DNA of 63,852 nucleotides, the filler included, from Octopus bimaculoides (lineage: Eukaryota): assembly GCF_001194135.2 (NCBI RefSeq). It is 6 parts of 6 records of this genome, joined end to end, with 100 filler letters (N's around TTAATTAATTAA, not from the genome) between each part and the next. Parts side by side here need not be neighbours in the genome. Positions count along the whole stretch, not along the records: positions 43,941 to 56,738 come from NC_069002.1; positions 56,839 to 60,260 come from NC_069000.1; positions 60,361 to 61,970 come from NW_026381110.1; positions 62,071 to 63,852 come from NW_026328840.1; 2 more parts are not named here. The stretch is one strand, 5' to 3'. The stretch's first letter is position 1; each line of letters opens with the position of its first letter. The notes beneath the pieces were generated by a model. The model worked only from the letters and a program-made list of their open reading frames with translations, made no database searches and was not told where the DNA came from. Position numbers and translations under genes: made by a program. Shown here one piece after another: positions 52,086-63,352 of the stretch.

Positions 52086-53774
52086 CGAATACTACTACTA
52101 CTACTACTACTAACATTAATAAAATGACTGAATCAATCAAATTAACCATCGCTGTACAAAGGCTGGCCTGGCTGCTTTGTCAAAGAAAATCAATAAAGAG
52201 CTGAGCAGAAGTGAAACTTCAGATGAGTCACATCATTAATTATAAATTAAAGTAATTATCCTCCATGTGCATGTGTGTAATTTGGGAAATCTTTTTTTAC
52301 CTCATGGTTAGAGAGAAAAGGGCAGCACCTTGACCCAACATATGCTTCAAGGTCTCTAAGACTGACAGCAACAAGATGTGCTCAAGTTGGGGATTGTATT
52401 GGACAATACCATTCTCGATATGCAAACAATAAGGGGTTGTTACAAGCGGAACAATTTCCATTATAGTTTTGTTCAACTATGAATGATCTGGGAATTTACA
52501 ACAACAAAATATACTTTGAGCTAATGAGGGAAGGCCTCTCCATGGATATATGGCCAACCAGATTCAAATCATAGTCCTTATCACCCTCATCATCATTAGA
52601 TACCCATTTTCTAAGCTGGCATGGGTTGGATAGTTCAATCGGAACTGACAAACCAGAGAACTATGCCAAACTCTCATCTGCTTTGGCAGAGTTTCTACAG
52701 CTGGATGACCTTTAGATAGTTAAGTGGGTGCTTTTCTTGTGGCACTGGCACTCTTGAGGTCACCAAGTACTTGCAAGACAAGATGCCTCATCTGAGTAGG
52801 ATATGGTATTGAAAGAGGTTGAAGTATAACATAGCAGCCAAATCTCCCTCAAGTTATACCTTGCTGGAGACCTGGCCCAAACGATTGCAATAGAGTTGAT
52901 TCAGCTAAAACCACCCAAGGGCCAGGTAGTGGTGTTAACCCTTTAGCATTTCAACTGGCCATATCTAGCCCAAATATTCCACCTGTTTTTATGTACAAAC
53001 TGGTCAGATCCAGCCTCTCACACCTACCCGGAATGTAATTCTCAAAGCTACAAGAAAATACATGATTAATTAAAAAAAATGTAATTAAGTAATCATTACA
53101 TTTGACAAAGTAAACTAAATGCTGGTTAAATCAGGTGACAGAGAAAGTCTAACATCCAAGAACACAGAATGCAAAGAGTGGAAACAAACACCACAAGGTA
53201 TCTATGACCACCACTCTGGATCGGTTCTTTGCTTATTAAACCTGAAGGAATGGAAAGTGAAACTGACTTAAGAGAAGTGCTCAGAGTACAGAAAACTGGA
53301 ACAAGTACCACAAGATACTTTGTTCTTTGCCTAGCTTGTAGGACCCTACTGAGTTTGAGAAAGTCATGAACATCACACAATCTCAACTTTTCACTCCAAA
53401 AACATTCTCAGATATCACACTAGATACCTATGTAATAAATCAATGTAAATGGTTGAACTTCACGAATTTGAAAATTAATTGATAATTAGAATTAATTCAG
53501 CTCGAACTAATTACAAGGTAAGTAGAAAGCAGCTAAAATAACAGAAATAATCCACAATGAAAATGTTAAGTAAATTTCGCTTTGACTTTTACATATTTTA
53601 AAGAGAATCACAACACGATCAAGATGTTTACTTCAAAACCTTTATTAATGTTATTTTTTTTTTTTTATATGGAAGAAAAATAATAATTAAATCATCTGAT
53701 TAACGTCTGTTTAACTGTTCTTGTAGAATGTCTAAAGATAACTACAAACTATTTTTGATTTAGAGTGAAAGAGT

Positions 53775-53807
<33 letters not shown>

Positions 53808-54134
53808 TGAGAGAGAGTGAAAGAGAGAGAGAGAGAGAGAGTGAAAGAGAGAGAGAGAGAGAGAGAGAAGCAGACATACAGAGAGATTAGAAATTCACAC
53901 AGATTAATTTGAAATAATAGAAATAGATGAAATAAAATAAAAAATTAAAAAATTATGTTATATGCATCTAATTGTTGCAGACTAAGTACAGTAAACTGAA
54001 ATTGAATTCTAGAATAAACAGACTATGCATTATTTAATTAAAACTAGATAAACAAAATTATATAATTATATGGAAGTTGTAAATTGCTATATTAAATGTA
54101 TTTATTGAAAATAAAGGATCGCACATATATACAC

Positions 54135-54269
54135 CTGCATTACAATGGAGAGCAATTGTAGACCGTTTTGAAGGAAATTCTACAGACATACTCTTTAATG
54201 AACCGTTTCTGTTCGAGAAATCTTGTGTAAAATTGGACCGTTTGTCTTGTAATGTAGTTCTGTAATGTT
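54135..54269 (-). CDS. Candidate internal exon of an unidentified gene
   Basis: ttctctattag| acceptor, GCAG|gtgtat donor; 135 nt, phase 1-1, open: HYRTTLQDKRSNFTQDFSNRNGSLKSMSVEFPSKRSTIALHCNA. No family recognised. Confidence 0.4.
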
Positions 54270-54751
54270 CTAATAGAGAATAATTAAGTCTAAAGATAGA
54301 ACGACGAACGTCTGATTTTGAATGTGAAATAATAATAAAAATAAAATTTGATTTTTAATATTTTGGTAGGAATTAACTAAATACAAAACTTCAAAGGAAA
54401 CTATTTGATTAATGAATTAGTTCCCCTATTTAATGACTGACTATTAATTAGAGTAATGAAAGCATTTGGCAATCCTTCCAAATTAAGAAAGACAAAAACC
54501 AATTCCAATACAAGAAGCAATTCCTACCAAAACTAACAATTAAGTTAGCTGTTAGAATTTAGCTCCAGACCAATCCTGAAGGAGTTGACCCATGATCAAA
54601 GATTTTGCAACAATGACCACCCCCCCATATTATTTTAAAAACTCCTTTTCCTTAGGATGTGATTTGAGGCAGATTGGCTGGTGTTTCTAGTAGGTCAAGG
54701 AGCTACTGCATGCTGCCTCGGTGTTCGTCATAACAATTTTTAATTAGTTGA

Positions 54752-55003
54752 TTGTTGTTGGCACTCCGTTGCTTACGACGTCGAGGGTTCCAGTTGATCT
54801 GATCAACGGAACAGCCTGCTCGTGAAATTAACGTACAAGTGGCTGAGCACTCCACAGACACGTGTATCCTTAACGTAGTTCTCGGAGATATTCAGCGTGA
54901 CACAGTGTGACAAGGCTGACCCTTTGAATTACAGGCACAACAGAAACAGGAAGAAAGAGTGAGAGAAAGTTGTGAAAGAGTACAGCAGGGTTCGCCACCA
55001 TCC
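54752..55003 (-). mobile_element. SINE C 3' part fused to a LINE fragment
   Basis: Reverse complement aligns with 33421-33681. Confidence 0.85.
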
Positions 55004-55283
55004 ACACCATGCAAGTCTCTCAGGCATTTTGGAAGGATATTGAAGAGCTGCCGGCTCTTGAAACCCAAGCTGTTGCAGTATCTGGTCCTGTATTTTGATG
55101 GCAATGCTGGGATCTTTGGCACTATGCAGTGGCGCCCTGTTCTGCAGTTTGAGTTACTTTCAAAGCCAAAGTTTGGTACAAGGCTTTCTAGGATTGTCCA
55201 GATGCATGTCACTGCATATCTTTCCTGCCTTTGTTCTAGGGAGAAGAGTTTCAATTCTTTCAGTCTTTCCCAGGAGCTAATAT
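54999..55283 (-). mobile_element. Second fragment of the same CR1/L2-type LINE
   Basis: SWERLKELKLFSLEQRQERYAVTCIWTILESLVPNFGFESNSNCRTGRHCIVPKIP...FNILPKCLRDLHGVD; aligns to 58386-58670. Confidence 0.8.
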
Positions 55284-55298
55284 GCTATATAAGTATAT

Positions 55299-55458
55299 AA
55301 CAAGCCTCTTTCAGTTTCCGTCTACCAAATCCAGTCACAAGGCTTTGGTCAACCTGGGGCTATACTAAAGACACCTGCCCAAGGTGGCACTCAGTGCAGC
55401 TGAACCTGAGACTATGTGGTTGGGAAGCAAGCTTTTTAACCATGCAACCACACCTGTG
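55299..55458 (-). mobile_element. SINE A head
   Basis: ctctttcagtttccgtctaccaaatcc...gtggttgggaagcaagc; abuts the LINE fragment at 55283. Confidence 0.75.
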
Positions 55459-55465
55459 TCTGCAT

Positions 55466-55657
55466 AATAAGTGAGTGAATCTGAGAGGGGAATATGTTGA
55501 ATAAAATCATTAACTCATCCTCCTGTATTTTCTTTTACCCAAAGCCAGGAGCTTTTCAGCATATATATACCCTGGCTTTGGGTAAAAGAAAATACAAGAG
55601 GATCAGTTAATTATGATTTTATTCAACATATTCCTCTCTCAGATTCACACACTTATT
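55466..55657. mobile_element. Foldback/MITE-like near-perfect inverted repeat
   Basis: Arms 55466-55549 and 55571-55657 differ by 4 substitutions and one 3-nt indel; 21-nt spacer. Confidence 0.75.
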
Positions 55658-56400
55658 GCAGCAGTCCTTCAGTTCTTCTAAGCCCTGTAAATGAACGCAA
55701 AGGCCTTTCGTGATACTCTTAAAGCCAGAAACTTTTCAGCACCCCCTTGTATATATTGATGTAAACTTTACAGAGAAAAATAATCCTTTCTGTGATAAGC
55801 ATGACACCAGAAATTTTGTGGGTGAGGGCAAGTCAATTGCATCAACCCCAGTACGTAACTGGTACTTATCAACCTCAAAAGGTGAAAAGCACAGTTGATC
55901 TTGGCAGAATTTGAACTTAAAACTAGAAGAAATGCTGCTAATGACTCTGCTAGCTAGTCAACATTTAAGGGGGGGGGGTAGCAAAAAGTAAATCACGTAT
56001 GAATTAAGTGATAACATTTCCAACCGACGGTAATATTATACATTCTAGACAGGAAATTTTGAGAGAGAAGAGAAACAAAGTCATAAATGTTAAGCCCGTC
56101 TGTCTCTGTTTGTCTTGTACGTCTCAAATCACAGCTTGTAATGTTGAATATCATTATTATTGAAAAATAAATCATGGCACAAACATTGTAGATATTTCAA
56201 AGGATTACAAAATGAGACAAAAACATACATTTTTCAAAATTCTAAACTTGTGTTCTATGAGATTCAAAACTTTAAGAAAATTAAGAAAAATATTTAAAAC
56301 AGATCATATAAGAGAATGTTTTGAAATATAGATTCTAAATCTTTTAAAAGTATAACTATCTTTTCTTTGACGTTTCTGTAAATATTTTTTTTTCTTTCAG

Positions 56401-56501
56401 AATTCTTTCCAATCCATGGTAATGAATTCAACACTGACGTTAGATTTCAGGAAGAGAGGAAACAATATCGAAATATAAAACTAAAGATAAACCAAGACAC
56501 G
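56401..56501 (+). CDS. Candidate isolated plus-strand exon
   Basis: Strong ttttttttctttcag| acceptor; open frame FFPIHGNEFNTDVRFQEERKQYRNIKLKINQDT; ACG|gtttgc possible donor. No partner exon found. Confidence 0.25.
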
Positions 56502-56702
56502 GTTTGCTAAGTACTAAACATTATATTATGTTCTTGCTTCATTGTATTGTATGAATAGATACATATGCAAGCATGCACACAACGACATACACACACACAA
56601 ACAAACACATGTTTATCAGTATAGATATGCATATATATATATATCTATATATAAATATATATATTTCTGTATATATATATATATATATATAAATATATAT
56701 AT

Positions 56703-56738
<36 letters not shown>

Positions 56739-57490
56739 NNNNNNNNNNNNNNNNNNNNNNNNNNNNNNNNNNNNNNNNNNNNTTAATTAATTAANNNNNN
56801 NNNNNNNNNNNNNNNNNNNNNNNNNNNNNNNNNNNNNNTATATATATATATATATATATGTATGTATATGTACGTATGTATATATGCATCTATATTATTC
56901 ATATTATTATATGACTGAACGCCACGCATCCTCTTCCAAGGTAGTTTTATCATAATAAATCTGATGCGCACTCTATACCATCTTTTTACTCTTTCGTTTT
57001 TCTCCCTTTTTACTCTTTTACCTCCTCTTCTCCAACTATTCTATTCTATTACTCTGTCACTCTCTTACCCTCACTCCTCCTCCCTTGCTCACGTGGCTCC
57101 CACGTGACCATCGGCCATCTTTCTTTCTTTCTCTCCGTTTTAGATGTCTCCTTCCTAGCTTGATTTACACGTTCGTCACAACAACCTTGTTAGGCTTGGC
57201 AGCCCTTCCTGTTTGTCTTCACTATCCTGTTTGTGTTATCTATTTTTACCATCCACAAAATCCTGAATTTTATTTAATTTGCTTTGTAGGAGCAACTCTT
57301 TTATCGAAGACCTATATTGCTAAATGCTCGAAATACGAGAGTAGAAAATCAGCCAACAACTGATGTAGGGACGTTCTTTATGTTTGTTTTGTTTTCCATT
57401 TGTGTCTTTTGTTGTTCGAAACAATAGTTCATGTTCCTTGTACTCTTCCTTGGTACTTTTTTTCGTTTCATGACGTCCTGTGCCCACATA

Positions 57491-57528
<38 letters not shown>

Positions 57529-58385
57529 TACGTATAGATGTATGTACATATACCTATGTATATATGCATATATATATATATATAGATAGATAGATAGATA
57601 GATAGATACATAGATAGATATNNNNNNNNNNNNNNNNNNNNNNNNNNNNNNNNNNNNNNNNNNNNNNNNNNNNNNNNNNNNNNNNNNNNNNNNNNNNNNN
57701 NNNNNNNNNNNNNNNNNNNNNNNNNNNNNNNNNNNNNNNNNNNNNNNNNNNNNNNNNNNNNNNNNNNNNNNNNNNNNNNNNNNNNNNNNNNNNNNNNNNN
57801 NNNNNNNNNNNNNNNNNNNNNNNNNNNNNNNNNNNNNNNNNNNNNNNNNNNNNNNNNNNNNNNNNNNNNNNNNNNNNNNNNNNNNNNNNNNNNNNNNNNN
57901 NNNNNNNNNNNNNNNNNNNNNNNNNNNNNNNNNNNNNNNNNNNNNNNNNNNNNNNNNNNNNNNNNNNNNNNNNNNNNNNNNNNNNNNNNNNNNNNNNNNN
58001 NNNNNNNNNNNNNNNNNNNNNNNNNNNNNNNNNNNNNNNNNNNNNNNNNNNNNNNNNNNNNNNNNNNNNNNNNNNNNNNNNNNNNNNNNNNNNNNNNNNN
58101 NNNNNNNNNNNNNNNNNNNNNNNNNNNNNNNNNNNNNNNNNNNNNNNNNNNNNNNNNNNNNNNNNNNNNNNNNNNNNNNNNNNNNNNNNNNNNNNNNNNN
58201 NNNNNNNNNNNNNNNNNNNNNNNNNNNNNNNNNNNNNNNNNNNNNNNNNNNNNNNNNNNNNNNNNNNNNNNNNNNNNNNNNNNNNNNNNNNNNNNNNNNN
58301 NNNNNNNNNNNNNNNNNNNNNNNNNNNNNNNTATTATATGATTGAACGCCACACATCCTCTTCCAGGTAAGTTATATATATATGT

Positions 58386-58885
58386 GTGTATCAGCTAATG
58401 GGAAAGACTGAAAGAATTAAAAGTCTTCTCCCTAGAACGAAGGTGGGAAATATATGCTGCGCCTTCCAGGAAAATCCTGGAAAGGCCTTGTTCCCAACTT
58501 TGGCATTGAAAGTTACTCAAACAGCAGAACGGGGCGCCACTACACCGTGCCAAAGATTTCAGCATAACCATCAAAATATAGGACCAGATGCTGCAACAGC
58601 CTGGTTCTCAGGGGCCCACAGCTCTTCAATATCCTTCCGAAATGCCTGAGAGACCTGCATGGTGTGGATGTAAGTGTCTTTAACACAAAACTGGATCTCT
58701 TCCTGCAAGGGTTCCAAACGAGCCTTCCTCACGGCAGGAAACACAGATGAGGGCATTAGCATCGAACACCCTCATTGACCAAATGTCACATATCAAAGGA
58801 GGTTCCAAACAATGATGTAGTACAGTCAACAGTAGTGCCCCAGCATGACCGCAGCTTTAAAGCTGAAATATTTTAAAGGATTAAA
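58386..58885 (+). mobile_element. CR1/L2-type LINE 3' end including terminal stem-loop
   Basis: WERLKELKVFSLERR...KILEGLVPNFGIESYSNSRTGRH...GPQLFNILPKCLRDLHGVDVSVFNTKLDLFL with disruptions; ends in GTGCCCCAGCATGACCGCAGCTTTAAAGCTGAAA. Confidence 0.8.
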
Positions 58886-58904
58886 GAATTATATATATAT
58901 TGAC

Positions 58905-59300
58905 CTGGCTGTGTGGTAAGAAGCTTGCTTACCAACCACATGAATCTGGGTTCAGTCACACTGCATGGCACTTTGGGCAACAGTTTCTACTAAAGCATCG
59001 GGTCGACCAAAGCCTTATGAGTTGACTTTGTAGACGGAAAGTCAAAGAAGATCATCGTGTATGTATATATATATATGTGTGTGTGTGTGAGAGTGTGTGT
59101 GTGAGAGAGTCTATGTGTGTTTGACACCCCCCACCTCATTACCGCTTGACAAACGGAGTTGATGTGTTTACGTCCCCGTAACATACCAGTTCGGCGAAAA
59201 GACGATAGGATAAGTAATAGACTTAAAATTTAAGTGGCGGGTTCGATTCGTTCCACTAGACACCTTCAGGAGGTCCAGTCGAGACTGAAACAAGTGAAAT
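58905..59300 (+). mobile_element. SINE A, diverged near-full-length
   Basis: tggctgtgtggtaagaagcttgc...gagactgaaacaagtgaaa. Confidence 0.75.
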
Positions 59301-60229
59301 ACTAAAATATTGTATATATATATATGATGGAAAATTGGAGATTTCGTACTTCATAGCTATGATAAAAAAACTTTTAACATCTAACCGTCTTCCTAAAAAT
59401 GATATGCGTTAGTAGCAAAATTGAAGGCATCGTGCTGTTGATTAATCGAGAAAATGCTCTACCATATTTTTCCAGATCATTGCAACTTGAGTTCAAATTC
59501 TGCCGTGGTCGGCCTTATCTTTTATCCTTTTGAGATCAATAAGTAATTTCCAGCGAAGTACTGGAGTCTATATAATCAACTTACCTTCTACCTTCAAAAT
59601 TACTGGCCTTCTGTCAAAATTACGAAAGAGCAGCAATACATCATTCATAAGGAATATCTTAAAAACATCTGTGTCTGACACGTTTGGGAATGGATAGGGT
59701 CAGTCAAAACAGATTTTAGAATCTAAGTGTGTATTTCTGTTCCATTTCGACAGAAGAAATTTGACAGTTCGGTTAAAAAACGAACCTAATTTTCAGACAT
59801 TCATAACATCATTTGCTAACTTTTGAATAAACCATTTGATGATAAGGTCAGTGTAAACGTCTTCATGCTACGATTGGCATAAGAACATATCTACTGACAT
59901 TGTTACTAAGAGTTGCGTAAAGCTATTTTCCGCATATAACTGTATGACGCATTATGCTGCTAACCCAGTCGTTCTCGTTATTAGTTTCGTTTCTTAGCTA
60001 ACGTTGGTATAATCCAGCTCTAACTGACTGACAACACTGCTATCCGTTTGTATGCCAACAACGCTACAAACTCTTTGTTGTCGCAGCTAACAATGGCAAC
60101 AAACGAATGTGTTTATATAAAGTGAATCTAATGATGATAGAAAATGGGAGACATGGTTTTGTTGAGAGTTCTGGAATTTGCAATGATACAGATCTTTTAA
60201 ACCGAAATAATTGTTATAAAAACGCTCAT

Positions 60230-60260
<31 letters not shown>

Positions 60261-61198
60261 NNNNNNNNNNNNNNNNNNNNNNNNNNNNNNNNNNNNNNNN
60301 NNNNTTAATTAATTAANNNNNNNNNNNNNNNNNNNNNNNNNNNNNNNNNNNNNNNNNNNNATGAACCCGGAACCATGTGGTTGGCAAGCAAGCTACTTAC
60401 CATACAGCCACGACTAACTTAAGCACACACACACGCGCACGCGCACACACATACACACACACACACAAAACACAGATACGTACATATATGTACGTATATA
60501 CATATACATACATATACGTCTTGTATGTATGTATGTATGCATGCATGTATGTATGTATGTATGTATATATGTATGTATGTATGGATATATGTATGTATGT
60601 ATGTATGTATCTATTTATCTATCTACCTATCTGTCTATCTATCTGCATATATACACGTTTAGTGTCACCTGTCGGTGAAAGATTGGTCAGTTCCATAGTA
60701 GAAATTAATAATATATATTTTATTGTGGTCGAGTCAGGCAAGGAATGTCTCATAACTCGTCTGAAGACCTTCAGCACCTACAACTGAAACTCAGTGTTGC
60801 AGGAGATTGATTCGACTCAAATAAAATACATTATGCATGCACATATGTATGTATGTATGTATGTATGTATATATATATATATATGTACACACACACACAC
60901 ACAGACATATAGGACCGAATGGTTTCACGGTGAAGAACTTTCCAAGTGAGAAATGGTAAATGATCTATTATCAGACATGGCTGAATAATATATCTTTCCA
61001 CGCTTAGAAGGCTTTTCAGCATGAAACCGTTCGGTAACCTGAATCGGCTGTCATGGGACTGCACATCTAATATATTTAATAAGCAATATACTAAGTCTAT
61101 TACTATTGTACCATTGCCTGGATTTTTTTCTGAGTTTCTGAGTTATGAAACATTATTGAACGGGGGTGCACACACACATACACAGACACACAGACACA

Positions 61199-61234
<36 letters not shown>

Positions 61235-62159
61235 TGCACGCACACGCATAGACATAACACACACGCATACACACCAACTCTCTCACGCATACACATATAT
61301 ATGTATATATATGCACACATAAATATATATATACATAAATAGATATATACACACATACATACATACATACATACATACATACATACATACATACAAATAC
61401 ATATATAAGTGTTTATATATGTATGTGTGTATGTATATGTTGTATGATATACATTTTTGACATGATTTGTAGATCTTACATATAATGTATAGAAAACTTC
61501 TGAGTAATTACGTTTGTTTTTATTTTGAAAAACAAATAAACAATAATAGAAACCCCTCTCTTTAAAAATAAGAAGCAAAAGAAAATGTCTGAATGTCTCA
61601 AAGTATTAATACGATTACTACGTTTAATACGATAATACGATTATAGTTTTTCGTTACAGACAAAACATTTTTGAAGAACTATTTACATCTATAACACGTT
61701 TCTATCAGTTCGGTATCGTAGTGTCATTAGATCTTATTATCAGACGTGTACTTAGTATCGCTTGGTTAGAACTGGGATAATTTTCTTCTAAACTGAAAGA
61801 ACCATTGCGGCCGTGGAACAATGGATTAAACCAAGACTTCGAAAGTTTAGAAATATAGCTTCTTATTTCGAATTCCAACACAAATCTCTGAACGCGTCAT
61901 ATAATTCTATCGGAATCAAACGTCGTGTATGTATGTATGTATGTATGTATGTATGTATGTATGTATGTATNNNNNNNNNNNNNNNNNNNNNNNNNNNNNN
62001 NNNNNNNNNNNNNNTTAATTAATTAANNNNNNNNNNNNNNNNNNNNNNNNNNNNNNNNNNNNNNNNNNNNATGTTTATACATGTCACCATGCATCCGTAT
62101 GTTATGTTAGCAGTTATTCGTTTGCAAATTCATAAGATATTCATACCGACACACAAACA

Positions 62160-62320
62160 CACCGTGGCTGCGTGGCAAGAAGACTTACTTGCCAACCACA
62201 TGCTTCCAGCGCAGTCCCACTGCGTGACAATTTGGCCGTTTCTCCTGCTATATCTTCGGGCCGAACAAAGCCTTGTCAGTGAAATTGGTAAACAGAAACT
62301 GAAAGAAGCCCGGCATATAT
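62160..62320 (+). mobile_element. SINE A 5' part
   Basis: gtggctgcgtggcaagaag...aaacagaaactgaaagaagcccg. Confidence 0.7.
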
Positions 62321-62330
62321 GGAAATAATA

Positions 62331-62646
62331 CATTTCTAAATCTCTCTGGGAGATTTATGCAGTAGTGATACGATAAAGTAGTTATACGCTGTCAACTTAA
62401 TGCGACATCCCATGAACGAAATAATACTACTGCTATTTAGCCCTTGGAAGCAACAACGCTTCCAGTCGGCCTTGACACATTTCCTGTGTCCTCTTTGTTT
62501 ACAAGGGGAAGACAAGTACCTCCACCCAGCTAAGCCTACATCCAGAGACTAGTTTCTGTATCTTTGCTCGTCATCAGTCTGGAGTAGCATAGTCTATTAG
62601 TTGGAGATGCCTGTCAAGCTCTTGTAAAGATATAATTCTAGTGAAA
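62331..62646 (-). mobile_element. Penelope-like element terminal-repeat (pLTR)-like fragment, segments A+B
   Basis: Carries the hammerhead at 62536-62587; segment A (62331-62477) recurs directly at 63353-63499, and A and B recur inverted at 63510-63588 and 63621-63852. Confidence 0.6.
62536..62587 (-). ncRNA. Minimal hammerhead motif with ACTAGT palindromic helix III
   Basis: Minus strand CTAC-TCCAGA-CTGATGA-cgagcaaagataca-GAAACTAGTC-TCTGGA-t-GTAG; helix I of 6+4 bp, GUC triplet, decayed helix II. Confidence 0.7.
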
Positions 62647-63345
62647 GGGATGGACTGTCGAGTACTACCATCTGGCAGTGGGGGCTAGAGGCTTCATTGA
62701 AAGAAAAATGACAACGCTATTCAAGAGAAGATTTGCGTTTTCAAACTCGGAACTGAGAAAACTGATAAGGAGGATACAGGAGGCGGTCGAAAAAGCCAGC
62801 TTCTATATATGGCTGAAGCGGGAAGACCGAATATGGCTTGAAAGTCATAACAAGTCTAGGTGAGACAGGCTGACACTGAAGTGGCTTCGCGCCCTCCATT
62901 GTCAGTTAAAGTTTAGACAGTGTCATCTGACAACTTACTGGGGCTACTTGCTGGAGCCTAGCAGCGGGAAGTTTAGACAGTGTCATGTGACAACTTGCTG
63001 GTGCTGCCTACTGGACCCTAGCAGCGGGAAATTTAGACAGTGTCACGTGACAACTAGCTGGGGATGCCTGCTGGAGCCTAGCAGCAGATATAAAAAGGTG
63101 AATTTGACACGACGATCATTCGGACGCTGACACTCGTTGATGCTGCATCGAAGAGGCCAGGGAATAGAAGAAAGAAGACATGCACCCAACACCAGAGCTG
63201 AAGACACCTCCGAAAGGGGGGGCACGTCAAAACGGTAGAGGAGTAGGGGGCCGAAACCGGACGTGGTTCCTCCTGATGATGCCTTGAGCTAACTGGATCC
63301 TATAAAGGAGCTGTTGTGGTAGCAGACCACGAAACAGGGTTGAAA
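62645..63345 (+). mobile_element. 3' end of a REL-endonuclease non-LTR retrotransposon (HERO/NeSL-like) with 3' UTR
   Basis: KGWTVEYYHLAVGARGFIERKMTTLFKRRFAFSNSELRKLIRRIQEAVEKASFYIWLKREDRIW, stop at 62863; GW..+EVG.RGF and E.AS..IWLKR pattern of this group. Confidence 0.7.
62911..63090 (+). repeat. Three tandem 60-bp units in the LINE 3' UTR
   Basis: Units start at 62911, 62971 and 63031; consensus gtttagacagtgtcatgtgacaacttgctggggctgcctgctggagcctagcagcgggaa. Confidence 0.95.
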
Positions 63346-63352
63346 TTCCTTC

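Noticed and set aside
53126-53386. Non-repetitive ORF with an internal diverged duplication (…GGAA(A)CAA..ACCACAAG..A)
   Set aside because: Neither strand gives a recognisable protein or convincing splice sites.
57295-57345. TCGAAGA...CTCGAAATAC...AGAGT degenerate hammerhead-like motif
   Set aside because: Core and helix III are broken; at best a dead relic.
60768-60800. CTGAAGA...GAAAC motif
   Set aside because: G at the cleavage position and no helix II; better explained as two small local dyads.
61785-61855. TTCTAAA-CTGAAAGA...GAAAG-TTTAGAA hammerhead-like layout
   Set aside because: Extra base in the core and no room for helix III.
62911-63090. Regular 60-bp repeats or the 17-bp repeat as a CRISPR-like array
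   Set aside because: Units are contiguous with no unique spacers, there are no cas genes, and the context is eukaryotic.
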